A DNA stretch of 23,040 nucleotides, taken from IMG/VR virus record IMGVR_UViG_2671181056_000005, positions 1 through 23,040 of that record; one strand, written 5' to 3'. Below the pieces are notes generated by a model, which searched no databases, was not told the origin of the DNA, and saw only the letters and a program-made list of their open reading frames with translations. This stretch comes from a virus. Taxonomy: Duplodnaviria > Heunggongvirae > Uroviricota > Caudoviricetes. The position numbers and the translations under genes were made by a program. Below, piece by piece: positions 8,249 through 17,448 of the stretch; the first letter of the stretch is position 1, and each line of letters starts with the position of its first letter.

Positions 8249-8249
8249 G

Positions 8250-8420
8250 TTAGCCCCCTAATAACGAAAAGACCCCCGCCAGTGTCCTGAGCAATTGTTC
8301 ATCCACGGTCATAGCCGGGAGTTCAAGCCCAAAGGACGTTAGCAGAGGTCTAATTGCTACGTTATAAGTGAGGGCGATAATCAAGAGATAACCAAAATAT
8401 TTCTTAAGTTTATTCTTCAT
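8250..8420 (-). CDS. Small membrane protein, 56 aa (MKNKLKKYFGYLLIIALTYNVAI...)
   Basis: Hand-translated ORF below the track cut-off; GGGG RBS 7 nt upstream; basic N-terminus then hydrophobic helix. Confidence 0.35.
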   Translation of the reverse strand: MKNKLKKYFGYLLIIALTYNVAIRPLLTSFGLELPAMTVDEQLLRTLAGVFSLLGG

Positions 8421-8438
8421 ATATTCACCCCTTTATTA

Positions 8439-8717
8439 TTATTTTTGTTTGAGTATGTCGAGAACTTGGTCAAATTTGGCGTCCATCGCAACCACTTTCT
8501 TCTCTATACCGTGTAGTGTTTGTTCCATGCGATAAACTCTCTCGGCGATCTGGTCGTGGTTACTTTGCATTGTTTCAAACTTCTGATTAAACAATGCATC
8601 ATTGGACTCTAATTTCGACAATCTATTTTCTGTTGCTAATTGATTTCGGTGAAGTCTCCATAATCCACCGCAAATTAAGGCGATAACACCGATACCGCCA
8701 TATATAATTTCAGTCAT
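8439..8717 (-). CDS. Membrane-anchored coiled-coil protein, 92 aa
   Basis: N-terminal hydrophobic helix IIYGGIGVIALICGGLW followed by heptad-like charged region. Confidence 0.55.
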   Translation of the reverse strand: MTEIIYGGIGVIALICGGLWRLHRNQLATENRLSKLESNDALFNQKFETMQSNHDQIAERVYRMEQTLHGIEKKVVAMDAKFDQVLDILKQK

Positions 8718-8763
8718 TACGCCCCCGATATTTTTATAATTTCATGGCAGAATTATTTAGATA

Positions 8764-8808
8764 AAAATAATCCCGCCTAACTCAAAAGAATTAAGCGGGA
8801 TTTATTAT
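8764..8808 (-). terminator. Rho-independent terminator after the gpJ-like gene
   Basis: Minus-strand RNA stem CCCGCUUAA / UUAGGCGGG (one G-U) followed by AUUAUUUUUAU. Confidence 0.55.
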
Positions 8809-8820
8809 TAAAATTAAATT

Positions 8821-11800
8821 TTAAGAAACAGTAATACCAGTAGTGGCTTTTTTAGTTACCATTACCGTTAAATCACTGATCCATGTGCTAGGCGTCCAGT
8901 TGTTGATTGCGCTTGATTGCACTTCAAAGGTCAAGGTCACAGCACCCTTACCCGCTGGCATATCAATAACACCTGAGTAAAGACCAGTATTACCGCCATA
9001 CGCCCTATTATACAACTCTGACCCATTCTTACGAACAATAAGGCGACAGGTGTCGTAAAACGTATTATTGTTCGACCCTTCACGCGCTCGCAATCCACCA
9101 AAACTAACAGCCGGAATAACGATTTGACGATCGAACTTGTGATCATCTTCAACGCGAACAGTGACCGTACCCTGTGGATAACCAGCATAACCATTATCAA
9201 CGTTAACATCACGATGCGGGAACTTACGTCCAATCACCTTAACGAAATCACCCTTAACCTGAGTAGCTTCAAGCATACCCTTAATAACACAGCTAGAGTT
9301 AATCGTGACGTTGTTCAGAGTACCAGAATCGGCAGTGATATTACCTTTAACGGTTGCATTCATGAACGTAGCGGACCCGTTCTTGTTGATATGCCATCCG
9401 GTCGATCCGTTCCAGTTGGAAGACTGGATATAGTTACCGATTTTAGCGTTATCAATTGCACCGTTTACGATCTTCGCGTTAGTGATTGCCCCGTCCTGAA
9501 TCTTCGCGCTGTTAATTGCAGCATTGCCGATTTTAGCCGTGGTAATCGCCGCATCATTAATCTGGGCTGTACCAATTGCAGCATTACGAATCATCGCATT
9601 ATCGAGATAAACCTTGTTACCTTCGATACCAAACGGGCATACTTCCGATCCGTTCTGTGGAGCTACAGCGATTTTATCAGCATTAAAGATGATTCTCGTC
9701 GGTTGTGCCGGATCGTTGGTTGCGCTCATGTGAATACCAGCCACGCGACCATCTGCATTAACCGCCAGATTATATTTGCTGTTAATGGTTCCCTTCAAAG
9801 CATCGATTTTTACATCTGCTTCCTGATTCACGCCAGCAATCTTGCCATCCATTTCTACCCGAACTTGATCAATCTTGCTTGCGCTTGCTGCCTCACTGGT
9901 AGCAATTGCTTGTTTCAGGGTAGTAGCAGATGCACTAACTTCTTTGGTGATATCGCCTTTCAGTTCAGCTTTAACCTGATCAATCTTAGTGGAGCTAGCT
10001 TGCTCGCTGGTAGCAATCAGACTCTTTAAGGTATTGGCTGAGGCTTGGACCGTCTGCCCTGTTTCGGTAGTGATTTGCTTATGCATTGCATCAATTTTAG
10101 CATCGGCATTAGCGCCAGCTTGAGCAATAGCATCCGCGATAGTTTCATCTAAGCGGTCTTGTAAACCAATCAGGTCTTCCAGTGCTTCTTTGTCCTGATC
10201 GTCCCAGCTAATGGTAGATTTCATTTGCATGAAATACGGTTCAGACCAAACAGCATCATCCATACCGAAAATATCGTAGTGAGCACCACGGATATAATAA
10301 TCACCGTCTGCCAAATCAAAGGAAGTATGGCTAACACTATTCGTGCTTACCGCCCTTGCATCGGAGAAAGTGTTATCGGTTGCATACTGGATGATTGACC
10401 CTGCATAATCATGTTCTACGTCATCTGCCCAGCTAACAAACACACTATTAAAGCCACCACGCGCACTAAAACCTTTCATTGGCTTATGTTGTGGGTTGAT
10501 AGCCACTAAACGCGCTGGGGCGCTCTCTGAGTTGTTATAGCCCTTAGCCGATACTTCTACCGTCAGTTGACGCGAAAGGCCGTTAAACTGGTTCATATCA
10601 AGCGTATAAGTCCATGATTCAGGATCGCGGGTACGGTACTGAATAGACTTACCAGCCTTGTTAGTCACCTTGATAATGTATGCTTCAAACAGGTCACTAA
10701 ACTTGTTAGTTTCACCGTTGATCTCAACATCTAAGCCTTGCTGGTTTTCCCATTCGATAATCAGATCATTACCTTCGAAAGTTCCTGGCGTGCTACCCTG
10801 ATTTTTGATTCGAATAACCGGAGTCGGCAATTCATAGGTAACAGTCGGATTCTGGTTAATCAGTTCTACCCAATCGGATCGAGCGATGATACCGAAAGCA
10901 CAAACTCGGTAATCATAAGAGCGATCTTTCGCCAGTGCATTGACACTGAAAATTTGCTGCGAAGTCTGTCCCAGCTTAATCCAGTTAGGCGATCCACTTA
11001 CACGGTAATCAATCTGGAAGCCGTAGCGGTTAAAATCTTCCGGTGCATCCCATGTCAAAGTAACGTTTTTACCGTAAATCGTCTCACCAGTTGCCTTAAT
11101 CCTGAAATTAGTAGGCTTCTGTACTGTCATTGAATCCGGTAAACCACTTGGTCGGTTATCTGGGTTAGCCGCATAGTTCAGGTCAGTATAAACCTGAGAA
11201 TTATATTCTGTGGCGGTGATAGTCATCATCCCAGCAATACCAGAATCAATCGAGCGATCAATTGCAGTAATACGCCATAAGGAATTATTCAGCTTCAATT
11301 CATCATAGGTTACGCTGATAACGTCCCAAACTTCGGCAGTGAATGCGTCAGTAGTCATAAAGCTGATAACCTGAGTGATACGAGATTTATTTCGCTCAAT
11401 GCTCGCGAGTTTATCAATCTGATCTTTAGACTTAACGAAACGATATTCTACATCCTTAGCAATAATTCGACCATCTGCGCGAACAGTAGCATCGTTTTCA
11501 GCATCAGCCGGATAACGTAGCATTTGCTCTGAATAGTCAATTGATGGTTCTTGATACATCGCGTTAATGGTATTGAAATAACCGTTAGTGCCACCTGTTT
11601 TCAGTGATACCTTACCCATCATGATATTGTCTTCATTGAAGGTATGCTTAACAATATCAGGAGCATCCAGTTTCAGCGTAATACGTCCAAAGGATTCGAA
11701 CATCACCCCGCCGAAAGTCTGCATAAGGCTAGTTAAGTTCTCTTTAAAGCTGGCGTTCGGATCACATGCACCGTTTGAATGTAGATCCATCTGGCGTACT

Positions 11801-12597
11801 TGCTTACGTACTTTCAGGAATGAATCAACGTTAATGTTTTCAATTGGTACGGATAAGCCATATTTTTCATTTGTTAGGTAGTGGAAAATCTGATCCACGC
11901 CGTTAGTGCTAGCCTCAATAGCATTGGTTTCAAGGTTACGGATTTTAAGGCCGCAAACGTCTACTGCTACCTGGCTATTTGGCTGGAGAATATCAACACC
12001 AGCAGCAAGAGATTTGTCATCACGACGTAACACAATACACATGGTCGCAATGCCGTTACCCTTGAAAGCGTCGGTCCAGTCTGAGCCTAAATGACGTTTT
12101 GCCAGCGACAAAGCGGTGTTAGGATTCTTGCCCGTGCGGAACTCGACTTCTAATACTTTACGATATTCTTCTTTAATGTTGCCCTTATCGAGAATACCAT
12201 CACGGATCGTCATGTTCTTACCAACAAGAACATTTTTATTATCAATAAAGAGTGCTTTGTAATGGTCGATTTCACCCTCGGCTACAGAGAAGATTTGCAC
12301 TAGCTTATTGTTTTCTTGCTTAGAAACTGCTTTGTAAACACAGTTTGTGCCAGTGCGGGTAGTACCGAAAACGACTGGTATCACCGCTTTCGGATCGTTT
12401 GATGTTCCTAGTGTCACCGCATTATCTGGGCTTTGTACTTTAGGTGTTTTTGGTGCGCCTACAGTGGAAGCGATCAAAGTCATTGCACCAGCAGCCATAC
12501 CGATAGCGACTGCGGTCATAACCGAAAATGTTGCGGCTGCCGCCATCCCCGCCGAAGCACCAGCAATAACCGCGCCTACCAATATTTCAAATCCCAT
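8821..12597 (-). CDS. Tail tip / host specificity protein, lambda gpJ-like, 1258 aa
   Basis: C-terminal ~150 aa resemble recalled lambda J C-terminus (TVTVRVEDDHKFDRQIVIP, VIDMPAGKGAVTLTF, MVTKKATTGITVS); FN3-like central region; N-terminal Ala/Gly-rich hydrophobic segment; start coupled TAATG to upstream gene. Confidence 0.85.
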   Translation of the reverse strand: MGFEILVGAVIAGASAGMAAAATFSVMTAVAIGMAAGAMTLIASTVGAPKTPKVQSPDNAVTLGTSNDPKAVIPVVFGTTRTGTNCVYKAVSKQENNKLVQIFSVAEGEIDHYKALFIDNKNVLVGKNMTIRDGILDKGNIKEEYRKVLEVEFRTGKNPNTALSLAKRHLGSDWTDAFKGNGIATMCIVLRRDDKSLAAGVDILQPNSQVAVDVCGLKIRNLETNAIEASTNGVDQIFHYLTNEKYGLSVPIENINVDSFLKVRKQVRQMDLHSNGACDPNASFKENLTSLMQTFGGVMFESFGRITLKLDAPDIVKHTFNEDNIMMGKVSLKTGGTNGYFNTINAMYQEPSIDYSEQMLRYPADAENDATVRADGRIIAKDVEYRFVKSKDQIDKLASIERNKSRITQVISFMTTDAFTAEVWDVISVTYDELKLNNSLWRITAIDRSIDSGIAGMMTITATEYNSQVYTDLNYAANPDNRPSGLPDSMTVQKPTNFRIKATGETIYGKNVTLTWDAPEDFNRYGFQIDYRVSGSPNWIKLGQTSQQIFSVNALAKDRSYDYRVCAFGIIARSDWVELINQNPTVTYELPTPVIRIKNQGSTPGTFEGNDLIIEWENQQGLDVEINGETNKFSDLFEAYIIKVTNKAGKSIQYRTRDPESWTYTLDMNQFNGLSRQLTVEVSAKGYNNSESAPARLVAINPQHKPMKGFSARGGFNSVFVSWADDVEHDYAGSIIQYATDNTFSDARAVSTNSVSHTSFDLADGDYYIRGAHYDIFGMDDAVWSEPYFMQMKSTISWDDQDKEALEDLIGLQDRLDETIADAIAQAGANADAKIDAMHKQITTETGQTVQASANTLKSLIATSEQASSTKIDQVKAELKGDITKEVSASATTLKQAIATSEAASASKIDQVRVEMDGKIAGVNQEADVKIDALKGTINSKYNLAVNADGRVAGIHMSATNDPAQPTRIIFNADKIAVAPQNGSEVCPFGIEGNKVYLDNAMIRNAAIGTAQINDAAITTAKIGNAAINSAKIQDGAITNAKIVNGAIDNAKIGNYIQSSNWNGSTGWHINKNGSATFMNATVKGNITADSGTLNNVTINSSCVIKGMLEATQVKGDFVKVIGRKFPHRDVNVDNGYAGYPQGTVTVRVEDDHKFDRQIVIPAVSFGGLRAREGSNNNTFYDTCRLIVRKNGSELYNRAYGGNTGLYSGVIDMPAGKGAVTLTFEVQSSAINNWTPSTWISDLTVMVTKKATTGITVS
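9436..9590 (-). repeat. Tandem 30-nt (10-aa) repeats inside the gpJ-like gene
   Basis: Period-30 nucleotide repeat encoding AQINDAAITT / AKIGNAAINS / AKIQDGAITN / AKIVNGAIDN. Confidence 0.6.
9832..10041 (-). repeat. Tandem ~105-nt (35-aa) duplication inside the gpJ-like gene
   Basis: Protein segments ASANTLKSLIATSEQASSTKIDQVKAELKGDITKE and ASATTLKQAIATSEAASASKIDQVRVEMDGKIAG. Confidence 0.5.
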
Positions 12598-13016
12598 TAT
12601 TCACCCCCGAATCTATAAACTTGTTCATAGTCAATGTCTGAAACAGGAATGGTCATCCAGATACCATCTTCTTCAACGAGGCCATAACCGGAATAATGAG
12701 GAACTACGGAATAATAATTACGGTTTCCTAATTTGTGGGCTGTGACCAGTAAGTCGCCGTCCTGTAAATCATCAGTGACTAATTTGAAATGTTTCTTAAT
12801 TGGTTGAAGGATATTTGAATACCCGCTTAATTCTTTGCAGATTTTCAAGCCTTCTTCTTTAGTTGAATATTTTTTATAAAGAGAATTATATAGGTCAGTA
12901 CCAGCGAGAATATCGATGATCTTACATGCAATGAGATTGCAATCATTCTCGCCTTGAACGAACTCCTGACCTATTAAAGAATTGATGTAATCGGTGATAA
13001 GCCTAGTTTTTAGCAT
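12597..13016 (-). CDS. Tail tip assembly protein, gpK-like (NlpC/P60-type Cys/His motifs), 140 aa
   Basis: ATG at 13016 has GGAGG 8 nt upstream; the track start at 13172 would overlap the upstream gene by 110 nt and is not used; motifs ENDCNLIA and VVPHYSGYG; stop overlaps the gpJ-like start. Confidence 0.5.
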   Translation of the reverse strand: MLKTRLITDYINSLIGQEFVQGENDCNLIACKIIDILAGTDLYNSLYKKYSTKEEGLKICKELSGYSNILQPIKKHFKLVTDDLQDGDLLVTAHKLGNRNYYSVVPHYSGYGLVEEDGIWMTIPVSDIDYEQVYRFGGE

Positions 13017-13062
13017 GTTGAATACCTCCATGCTGTTATTTACTAGGCTTAGGGAGAAGGGA

Positions 13063-13716
13063 TTATTTCTTCGATGAATGCCACTTGCTTTCGCTATTCC
13101 ACTTCCCGGCACGGGAGAAGAATAGATCGTTCTCGTTTCCAACATAGGATCGGTGGATACCATCGGAAGCATGACTACGAGCGTTTTTATCTAGAACTTC
13201 CCAGATACTATTAAGCTGAAATTCTGATTCGTTTTTACACTCTTCATCTTCATGTTCGATGTTAATACCGATGGAATCGACTACCCCACGGAAAACAGGG
13301 TAAGTAGTTTCAACCTTGCCCGTGTTGGGGTTAAGGAAAACCATCTCGATTTTCACATCAGATTTATCGAATTGCTTGTTACGAATCAGGGTAATGTATT
13401 CTTCGCGAACGTTAGAAACAGTTACGTTGATCCCGTTGTTGTTGATCTCCTTCTCTTCGGTATTCGATGAGATTTGAAGAAAGTCACCCGTTGCAAGATA
13501 CGTAAAACCGTTATAGTCCAAATCGAAATACCCATCAGTAAGCCGTAGAACGTCCCCTGACGCTGTTATCACTTCGATAATATGAAACATCGATCCAGTG
13601 GAGAAAAGTTGCGGTAGCGTCAATCTAGACACATTCTGACCTGTCTGGTCGTTGTATACCTCGATGAAGTCCAGATTAGTGCATAGTTTGCTGAATGATT
13701 CCTGAATAGTTGCCAT
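13063..13716 (-). CDS. Minor tail protein, gpL-like, 217 aa
   Basis: Position after the tape measure gene; N-terminus MATIQESFSKLCTNL and NVTVSNV resemble recalled lambda gpL; GGAG RBS; start coupled TAATG to upstream gene. Confidence 0.55.
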   Translation of the reverse strand: MATIQESFSKLCTNLDFIEVYNDQTGQNVSRLTLPQLFSTGSMFHIIEVITASGDVLRLTDGYFDLDYNGFTYLATGDFLQISSNTEEKEINNNGINVTVSNVREEYITLIRNKQFDKSDVKIEMVFLNPNTGKVETTYPVFRGVVDSIGINIEHEDEECKNESEFQLNSIWEVLDKNARSHASDGIHRSYVGNENDLFFSRAGKWNSESKWHSSKK

Positions 13717-14276
13717 TATACATTCTCCACTAATTCAAATTTCATCTTGCCGATCTGGGCGATCTTCCAATCGATGTTTTCAGTTTTGAGAACAAATTCA
13801 CCTTCTACGTTCTGATACTTGATCACCTCACCCGCCAGGACGTTCTGACGCAAGTTAGGGAAGAGTTTCATTTCGCCACCTGATTTCACGTCTTCGGTGA
13901 TCGTGTAGATTTTCTTGTGGTTCTCAAACTGGATGATAGTTCCTGCTTTCAGTGTTCCGGTGAAGTTGGAGATTCTCACCTTACGCCCACCGCGAGCAGT
14001 ACCAGCAGCAGCCGTTACCATCTGGCGTACATCACCTGTATATTTTGAAAAGTAAGACAGTGGCACACTAAAAGGACGACCAAAAAGGTGACGTGCTACA
14101 AATTCTTTTACTTCGTTAATATCCTGAGCCATGTAATTCGCGGTAAATTCTGCTTCGTAAAAATGGATGCCAGTAAAGCGACGCTGGAACTTACCGGAGA
14201 TAGATTGCGCCTTGAAGAAAGGCTGTTTTGATTTAAGAGTAAAATCTGTGATTTTAATATTCTTGGATTTGAACAT
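13716..14276 (-). CDS. Minor tail protein in the gpM / distal tail position, 187 aa
   Basis: First gene after the tape measure gene; start ATG 14276 or 14291, the latter lying inside the hairpin stem. Confidence 0.5.
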   Translation of the reverse strand: MFKSKNIKITDFTLKSKQPFFKAQSISGKFQRRFTGIHFYEAEFTANYMAQDINEVKEFVARHLFGRPFSVPLSYFSKYTGDVRQMVTAAAGTARGGRKVRISNFTGTLKAGTIIQFENHKKIYTITEDVKSGGEMKLFPNLRQNVLAGEVIKYQNVEGEFVLKTENIDWKIAQIGKMKFELVENV

Positions 14277-14282
14277 AGAAAA

Positions 14283-14324
14283 AGCCCCCATAGTTTTATG
14301 ATTATTTATGACTATGGGGCTTTT
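14283..14324 (-). terminator. Stem-loop with U-tract immediately after the tape measure gene
   Basis: Plus-strand AGCCCCCATAG (14283-14293) / CTATGGGGCT (14312-14321), 18-nt loop; on minus-strand RNA followed by UUUUUCU; contains the GGGGG RBS and one candidate start of the next gene. Confidence 0.45.
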
Positions 14325-14326
14325 AA

Positions 14327-16756
14327 TTACATCTTACGGCGCTGAGCGTCTTCTACCGCCTGAGCAACTAATTTAGCGTGACGTTTGATAGCATCCATGA
14401 CCATCTTGTCTGAGCTATTAACGTTGCCGTTAATGTTCAAAGGCGCATTAACTTCAATCGGCTGAGAGTTACCACCGCCTGATTTTTGAGCAGCAAGGAA
14501 GTCTTTCAAATCACCGTTAGTACGCTGATCAACTACTCGTTCCCCCTTATCAAGCAACCATGTACCCTCACGAGGGATGTTATCGATACCATCATGAGCC
14601 ATACCGCTAACATTAGTAGACTTGATGTTTGCGATGTTCCCCATGTTCTGAGAAACAGCCAATGCAGCAGCAGCGATTTTTTGACCTGTGGTTACGTTGG
14701 TCGGATCGTTCCATGCATCGGTAGCTGCCGTCCACATGTTCACCGTCGCTTGTCCAATGGAGAATGCCTTATGAGCATTGAAAGCCATCTGCATAGCTTT
14801 TGTGTTTTCCTGCCCGAAGAGAGTCATTGCAGCAGCAAAACCGCCGTACATATCATCGGCTATTGACTGACGAGCATCAGCGTATTTCTTCTCAATTGCA
14901 GCCATCCGTTTTTGATGGTTTTCATTGAGTTTTTCTAATGCTTCCATCCGTTTAGCCGGATCGGTGATCCCATCAATCTTGAGTTTATCGGTCTTATAAT
15001 CTTGTTCAGCATCCGATTTCTCTTTATCGATTGCATTAAATTTAGCAAACGGATTATTTGAGTCTTGATAATCATAACCACTAGTTAATTGATTGGTTTT
15101 ATAACCATCCATTCCCTGTAAAGAATTTTCAATCTGAGAATAGTTTTGCTCGGTATCGTTCACACGACGCATATATTCTTCGTAGGAGATAGCTTTACCA
15201 TCAAGTAACCGTTTATGGCTTTCTAGCTCGTTGTCCCTGATTTGTTGCAATTGTGTTAAAGCATTCAGAGCATCAATCGGATCAGCACCCAACATCATTT
15301 TATAAACGTTTTCAGTATTCTGATCGATTAGCGCCTGGCGTTTCGCGGCTGCGTCTTCCTGAGAGATTAAGCCCAGAGCTAACGCGTCGTTCACATCTTT
15401 TAAGCTGTTTTGCAACTGGCTATTTTGAGAAGTGATAGACGCTGCAACTTGCCCTTGCAATTTAACATCAAGTGCATTCAGTCGCTTGATTGCATCCTCG
15501 CGTGCTTTCTGTGCTTTTTCTGCGGCTTCCTTAGCCTTTTTAGCTGCCTCTTCCGCTTTCTTTTTGGCTTCTTCCTCGGCTTTCTTCTCGTTGCCAGATT
15601 TACCCAATGATTCTGGTCTTACTGGTTTATTTGGTAGAGTTAAATCAGTGTTAGGATCTGCCTTGCGTGTCAGATGTTCACCAGCATCTACGACAATCAG
15701 AGCACCATTTTTCTTATAAGACCCACCAAAACGTTTCTTAAATCCTTCTACATCAAAGCCAGCAGTACGAGGATCGACACCAGCACCACGGATCGCGGCC
15801 TTTTCCCAATCTGCTAGATTATTCCAACGCTTTTCTTTATTGTACTTGTCAATAATCTTTTGAGCGTCTTTATGGTTGGCGTTAAGAATACCGCCAGTTG
15901 CGGTCTTGCCTTCTTTATTCAGTCGATCTAATGCCCTGAATAGAGAACTCTTTTCCCAATCAATATTAAACCAGTCAAATAACCAGTTTAAACTATCAAC
16001 CAGCGGACCAGAAATGGTCATACCGACACCTTTCAGGTTATTTTCCAGCTTATTGATATTTTGAGAAAATTTATCATATTTTTTAGCGTTTTCTTCGGTG
16101 ACGTTAACAGATTGATTCTGAATAGCGATCATCGCCTCTTGAGCAGTATTATATTTCTCAAGCTGGCTGGTCATATGGCTTGAATCACTGGCTAAAGATT
16201 CCATCATGAACTTGATTTCAGCCATTGATTTTCCGGCTTTCTTCATGTCATAGAACACTTGGATCGCCGCTTTCATACCACCTTGCGGATCAGTCATGAA
16301 GTGAGCATAGTTTTCTAACTTAAGGCCAACCGATTCTAAGTCATCGGCAATACCGCCACCGTTAGCCCATGCATCACCCATTTTATCTAAGGTGTCTTTG
16401 TTGATATCACCAAATTTTTCAACTGTTAGGCCAGTGCCAGAAAATTCCTTTTCTAGTCTTTGAAGGGATTCAATCGAGAGTCCGGTCGCCTTAGATACTT
16501 CTGAATACTGTTTAACGTATTCCGCACCAGCTTTAGCGGCTGCAAAAACTGCGGTCGTAACTAAGCCGATACCACCAGCAGCCAAACCAGCAGAGCCAGC
16601 AATCCCACGAAGAGATCCAGTCAAACCAGACAAGCCACCACCAAAATCAATACCACTTGCCTTTTCAGACAAACTATCGAGAAGGTCGGCGGCTTCACTG
16701 GTACTTCTCCTTAGACCTTTATTATCCCCTTCTATTGTTACTATATGTTTTGTCAT
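14327..16756 (-). CDS. Tail tape measure protein, 809 aa
   Basis: Length, position after the chaperone pair, Gly-rich N-terminus, long coiled-coil with KKAEEEAKKKAEEAAKKAKEAAEKAQKA low-complexity repeat. Confidence 0.85.
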   Translation of the reverse strand: MTKHIVTIEGDNKGLRRSTSEAADLLDSLSEKASGIDFGGGLSGLTGSLRGIAGSAGLAAGGIGLVTTAVFAAAKAGAEYVKQYSEVSKATGLSIESLQRLEKEFSGTGLTVEKFGDINKDTLDKMGDAWANGGGIADDLESVGLKLENYAHFMTDPQGGMKAAIQVFYDMKKAGKSMAEIKFMMESLASDSSHMTSQLEKYNTAQEAMIAIQNQSVNVTEENAKKYDKFSQNINKLENNLKGVGMTISGPLVDSLNWLFDWFNIDWEKSSLFRALDRLNKEGKTATGGILNANHKDAQKIIDKYNKEKRWNNLADWEKAAIRGAGVDPRTAGFDVEGFKKRFGGSYKKNGALIVVDAGEHLTRKADPNTDLTLPNKPVRPESLGKSGNEKKAEEEAKKKAEEAAKKAKEAAEKAQKAREDAIKRLNALDVKLQGQVAASITSQNSQLQNSLKDVNDALALGLISQEDAAAKRQALIDQNTENVYKMMLGADPIDALNALTQLQQIRDNELESHKRLLDGKAISYEEYMRRVNDTEQNYSQIENSLQGMDGYKTNQLTSGYDYQDSNNPFAKFNAIDKEKSDAEQDYKTDKLKIDGITDPAKRMEALEKLNENHQKRMAAIEKKYADARQSIADDMYGGFAAAMTLFGQENTKAMQMAFNAHKAFSIGQATVNMWTAATDAWNDPTNVTTGQKIAAAALAVSQNMGNIANIKSTNVSGMAHDGIDNIPREGTWLLDKGERVVDQRTNGDLKDFLAAQKSGGGNSQPIEVNAPLNINGNVNSSDKMVMDAIKRHAKLVAQAVEDAQRRKM

Positions 16757-16759
16757 AAA

Positions 16760-17110
16760 TTACCCCGTTTGTGCGCTTCTGAGTTTCTCAAGCAAAGATG
16801 GATCAAACATGTTCAATATTGCAGCGTTGCGTTCTTCTTCTTTCTTACGTGCAATTTCTTCCATTTCTTCTTTAGTTTTAAAGAGTTTTTCTTCTCTAAT
16901 TAACTGGAATTGGCTAGGCTTGAGTTTCTTTGCAGTTTCGCGTGTCATTCCTTGCGACGTCATATACATGGAATATTGCAACATCGCATTCTGCATATCA
17001 TGAAACGCGGGGCTTTGTGGTTCTAAGTAGGTGTCGAAAATGTATAATTTCCAAAACAGAGTGATTGGCATATTATCCATTTCATCTTTACTAAGCCCCG
17101 ATCGCATCAT
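16760..17110 (-). CDS. Tail assembly chaperone, T-frame part of a G/GT-type pair, 116 aa
   Basis: Immediately upstream of the tape measure gene; no Shine-Dalgarno before its ATG; reading frame opens 15 nt before the upstream stop in the -1 frame. Confidence 0.55.
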   Translation of the reverse strand: MMRSGLSKDEMDNMPITLFWKLYIFDTYLEPQSPAFHDMQNAMLQYSMYMTSQGMTRETAKKLKPSQFQLIREEKLFKTKEEMEEIARKKEEERNAAILNMFDPSLLEKLRSAQTG

Positions 17111-17139
17111 TTGCCGGAAATAGAAATTCAGAAGCGGGT

Positions 17140-17448
17140 TTACTTTACCTCGTTTTCAATTACTGCCGGTTCTTGCATCAATGATGCTTGAGCAACCAAA
17201 CCGATTAATTCACTGCGGACGTTAGTATACAGTGCCTTAACTTGTTCCATAGATTCAAATACTGGCTTACCGTCTTCATCTTCAATACAACGAAGAATAG
17301 AACGTTCATCACGGTCATCTTTATCGGTATTGAAAACATGTTCGTTAAATTCTTTTACTGACATAGGGCGAGCATAGAAAGTGAATCCACCGATGATCAG
17401 AGATTCGCGTTTCGGAGAAAGAGCTTTCAGCATTTCATTAATATTCAT
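17140..17448 (-). CDS. Tail assembly chaperone, gpG-like, 102 aa
   Basis: Position; GAGGA RBS 7 nt upstream; acidic C-terminus ending ...ENEVK with codons GUA AAG UAA. Confidence 0.55.
   Translation of the reverse strand: MNINEMLKALSPKRESLIIGGFTFYARPMSVKEFNEHVFNTDKDDRDERSILRCIEDEDGKPVFESMEQVKALYTNVRSELIGLVAQASLMQEPAVIENEVK

Noticed and set aside
8249-8438. Possible tRNA gene suggested by a GAGTTCAAGCCC segment
   Set aside because: No acceptor or T-stem complementarity; the region is better explained by the 56-aa minus-strand ORF.
9124-10029. 301-aa plus-strand ORF, with further plus-strand ORFs at 10738-11133, 11588-11881 and 12347-12745
   Set aside because: Antisense shadow ORFs inside the repeat-rich gpJ-like gene; no start context, and the minus-strand gene has clear homology.
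13017-13172. Upstream extension of the gpK-like ORF
   Set aside because: Would overlap the preceding gene by 110 nt; an internal ATG with a GGAGG RBS is far more plausible.
14486-15719. Plus-strand ORFs inside the tape measure gene
   Set aside because: Antisense to a well-supported long coiled-coil gene; low-complexity sequence creates spurious open frames.
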